Positions 61,460 to 64,000 of a stretch of 64,000 bases of DNA are shown here, piece after piece. Origin of the DNA: Vicugna vicugna. Lineage: Eukaryota. A program made the translations under genes and the position numbers. The stretch is from assembly GCA_013265495.1 (NCBI GenBank), contig MU058584.1, forward strand, positions 1,400,616-1,464,615, in the 5' to 3' direction. The stretch's first letter is position 1, and every line of letters begins with the position of its first letter. The notes beneath the pieces are model-generated. The model saw only the letters and a program-made list of their open reading frames with translations. It searched no databases and was not told the origin of the DNA.

Positions 61460-63960
61460 CACCTTCATTCTCTCAACAGGTATTTATTAAGTGTCTACTA
61501 CATGCCAAGCGCTGTTCTAGACACTGGGAGTACAGCAGTAAATAAAACAGGCAAAGTCTGTCTATTCATAAAGTTTACATTCTCGTTGAGTTAACAGAAA
61601 GTAAATACAAAGCAGAAGCATGGCAGGTGGTGATCGATTCCATAGACAAAAGCACAGCAGAGGAGTGAGCAAGGGAACGTCAGGGATGGGGGCTGCTCTT
61701 TTAATCTCACGAAGAGTGACGCTTAAGCAGCCATCTGAAGGAGGTGAGGTGAGGAAGAGCGAGGGGGCCTGTTTGGCTGCAACAGAGTGAGAGAGGCAGG
61801 AGGTCGAATCAGAGAAGTGGTGGGGGGCCAAACTGCACAGGGGGTTGTTGGGAATTTAAGGATTTTGACTTTTATTTCTGGATGATCTAGAAAGCCACTG
61901 AAGAATTTTGACCACAGGAGAGAGATGAGTAAGTTAAGTTTAAAAATCAATCTATTAGCTGCTGTGCAGAAGGCCACCGAAGTGGTCCTGGAGAGGAAGG
62001 AGTGAGAGTTGACAGAGCAGATTGAGAGTGGTTTGGAGCCGGGTGGTTGTAACACAGGAGGATGATGAAGTCAGATTCTAAATGTGTCTGCAGATCAAAC
62101 CAACAGCATTTGCTGGCAGATTAAATGAGTCTAAACTTTCAGGGCTAAGCAATTAGAGGACTGAAGTTGCCACGCACTGAGGATGAAAGTTTGCTGCGGG
62201 AATTCAAGGATTTCTTTGTGGACATGCTAAAGAGAGCTATCCAGTAGGCAAGTGGGTGTAGGAGTCTGGATTTCAAGGGAACGTTCAGGAGGAAGGCACG
62301 TATTTGGAAATTACTGGCATATATTGCTGGCATTGGAAGCCATGAGCCCAAATTAAACCACCTAGGGAGACAGAGAAGAAGGGAGGTCTGGGAACTGAGC
62401 CTCCAGAGGTTGGAGAAATAGGAGGAAAGAAGCCGAGAAGACAGAGAATGAATAGCCAGGCAGAGAGAAAAAAGACTGAGAATGAAGAAAGTGCTTCAAG
62501 TGGGAGGAAATGATCAATCGTGTCAAGTGCCACTGATGGGATGAGTAAGATGAAAACTGAGAAATGCGTGTTGCTTTAGCAGCTCCATTGGTGACCTTGT
62601 CAGGAGCTATTTCAGTGAAGCGTTGGGTTAAAAGACTGATTGGCATGTATTAAAGTGAGACTAGAAGAACCGGAGACAGTGAAAACACAAACCTCTTTGG
62701 AGAAATGTTGCTTTAAAAAAGAGCAAATATACATGAAAAAATTCTCAATGTTGCTAACTGTTAGAGGAATGCAAATCAAGCCTGCATTGAGGTATCACCT
62801 CACACCAGTCAGAATGGCTAAAATTCAAAAGTCTACAAACGATAAATGCTGGAGAGGGTGTGGAGAAAAGGGAACCCTCCTACACTGTTGCTGGGAATGC
62901 AATTTGGTGCAGCCGCTATGAAAAACAGTATGGGGATTCCTTAAAAAACTGGAAATAAACTTATCCTCTAATCCAGCAACCCTACCCCAGGGCATATGTC
63001 CGGAGGAAACTCTAGTTTGAAAAGATACATGCACCCCTGTTTCCACAGCAACGCTATTTACAATAGCTAAAACGTGGAAACAACCTAAATGTCCATCGAC
63101 AGATGACTGGATAAAGAAGTTGTGGTTTGTAGATACAATGGAATATTACTCAGCCATAAAAACAAATGAAATAATGTCACTTTCAGCAACATGGATGGAC
63201 CTGGAGATTGCCCTACTAAGTGAAGTAAGCCAGAAAAGGAACGAAAAATACCATATGATATCACTTATATGTGGAATCTAAAAAAATGAGACAAATGCAC
63301 TTATTTACAAAACAGAAACAGACTCACAGACATAGAAAACAGACTTGTGGTTACCAGCGGGGATAAGGGGGTGGAGGGATAAATTGGGAGTGGGATTTGC
63401 AGATACTGACAAGTTCCTACTGTGTAGCACAGGGAACTATATTCAGTTCCTTGTAATAACCTATCATAAAATAGAATATGAAAAAGATAGATAGATACGT
63501 TTAACTGAATTACTACGCTGTGCACCAGAAATTAACACAACATTGTAAAACAACTATACTTCAATCAAAAATAATTAGAATGAAAAAGGGGAAATAAATG
63601 GAGTAATACCTAGAGAGAGAGATATGTGTTCAAGAAAAAAATATTTTTTAAGGTTGAGAGATATAATAGCATGTCTATATGCTATTAGGAATTATCCAGA
63701 ATAGAGGAAACTTTGATGATGCAGAAGACAGGAGAGGTGTTGCTAGAGCGTCGTCCCTGAGTAGGCAAGGGAGGAAGGGACCTGCTGCACAAGCCATGCG
63801 GTGGGGTTTGGATGTGACCATGGTCAGCTCATCCACCTCAGCAAAAAGGAAAGCAGAGCATATGCGCGCAGGTATGGACAGTTTCATTAAACGCAATAGT
63901 GGAAGAGTGTGGGCATTCTATTCTACTTGCTCTTGCTTCTTTTGCTAATCTATAATTAAA
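61460..63960 (-). mobile_element. L2 LINE (L2a-like), antisense, split by a younger L1
   Basis: TTCATTCTCTCAACAGGTATTTATTAAGTGTCTACTACATGCCA tail, continuous L2 body to about 62729, resuming after 63596. Confidence 0.85.
62730..63582 (+). mobile_element. L1 3' end (ORF2 C-terminus plus 3'UTR) inserted into L2
   Basis: ORF 62640-62921 contains RYHLTPVRMA...[25 protein letters not shown] (L1 ORF2 Cys-rich region); TSD AAAAAGAGCAAATA (62716-62729) / AAAAAGGGGAAATA (63583-63596). Confidence 0.93.
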
Positions 63961-64000
63961 TCAGATGTAAGGTCATTGGCTAAGAAGGGGAATGAGGAAG

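Noticed and set aside
62640..62921. Cys-rich 93-aa ORF as a host gene (also 3541-3726, 32869-33078)
   Set aside because: Translations are L1 ORF2 C-terminal remnants in 5'-truncated, non-autonomous elements
3243..63582. Long-range similarity between 3243-3970 and 62840-63575 as a segmental duplication
   Set aside because: Both are independent copies of related L1 3' ends with different flanks and many differences
1..64000. Naming the neighbouring gene or locus
   Set aside because: No exon or sequence I can positively recognise; assignment needs a genome alignment

Overview
Eukaryotic (mammalian) non-coding DNA, most likely a camelid gene desert or very large intron. The camelid call is an inference from two tRNA-derived SINEs of the GGGGAGGG-ATAGCTCAGTGG...TTCAATCCCCAG type and cetartiodactyl-style L1 3' ends. 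I see no credible protein-coding exon: the ORF track is explained by chance ORFs, low-complexity DNA and decayed L1 ORF2 fragments. A large part of the window is interspersed repeat: old and younger L1, L2, many MIRs, MLT1 and ERV solo LTRs, and hAT DNA transposons. Repeat family names come from recognition by eye and boundaries are approximate unless TSDs are quoted. The best unexplained structure is a perfect 84-bp inverted duplication (44472-44555 / 45138-45221) inside ancient, decayed L2 sequence, with a fold-back junction that suggests template switching. Several repeat-free blocks dense in homeodomain, POU and forkhead motifs look like conserved developmental enhancers; the strongest is 60365-60895, and two others share the PAX3/7-type motif TAATTGATTA. 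There is also a twin-primed L1 and other nested insertions with visible TSDs. I cannot support a claim of a new biological system from sequence alone.
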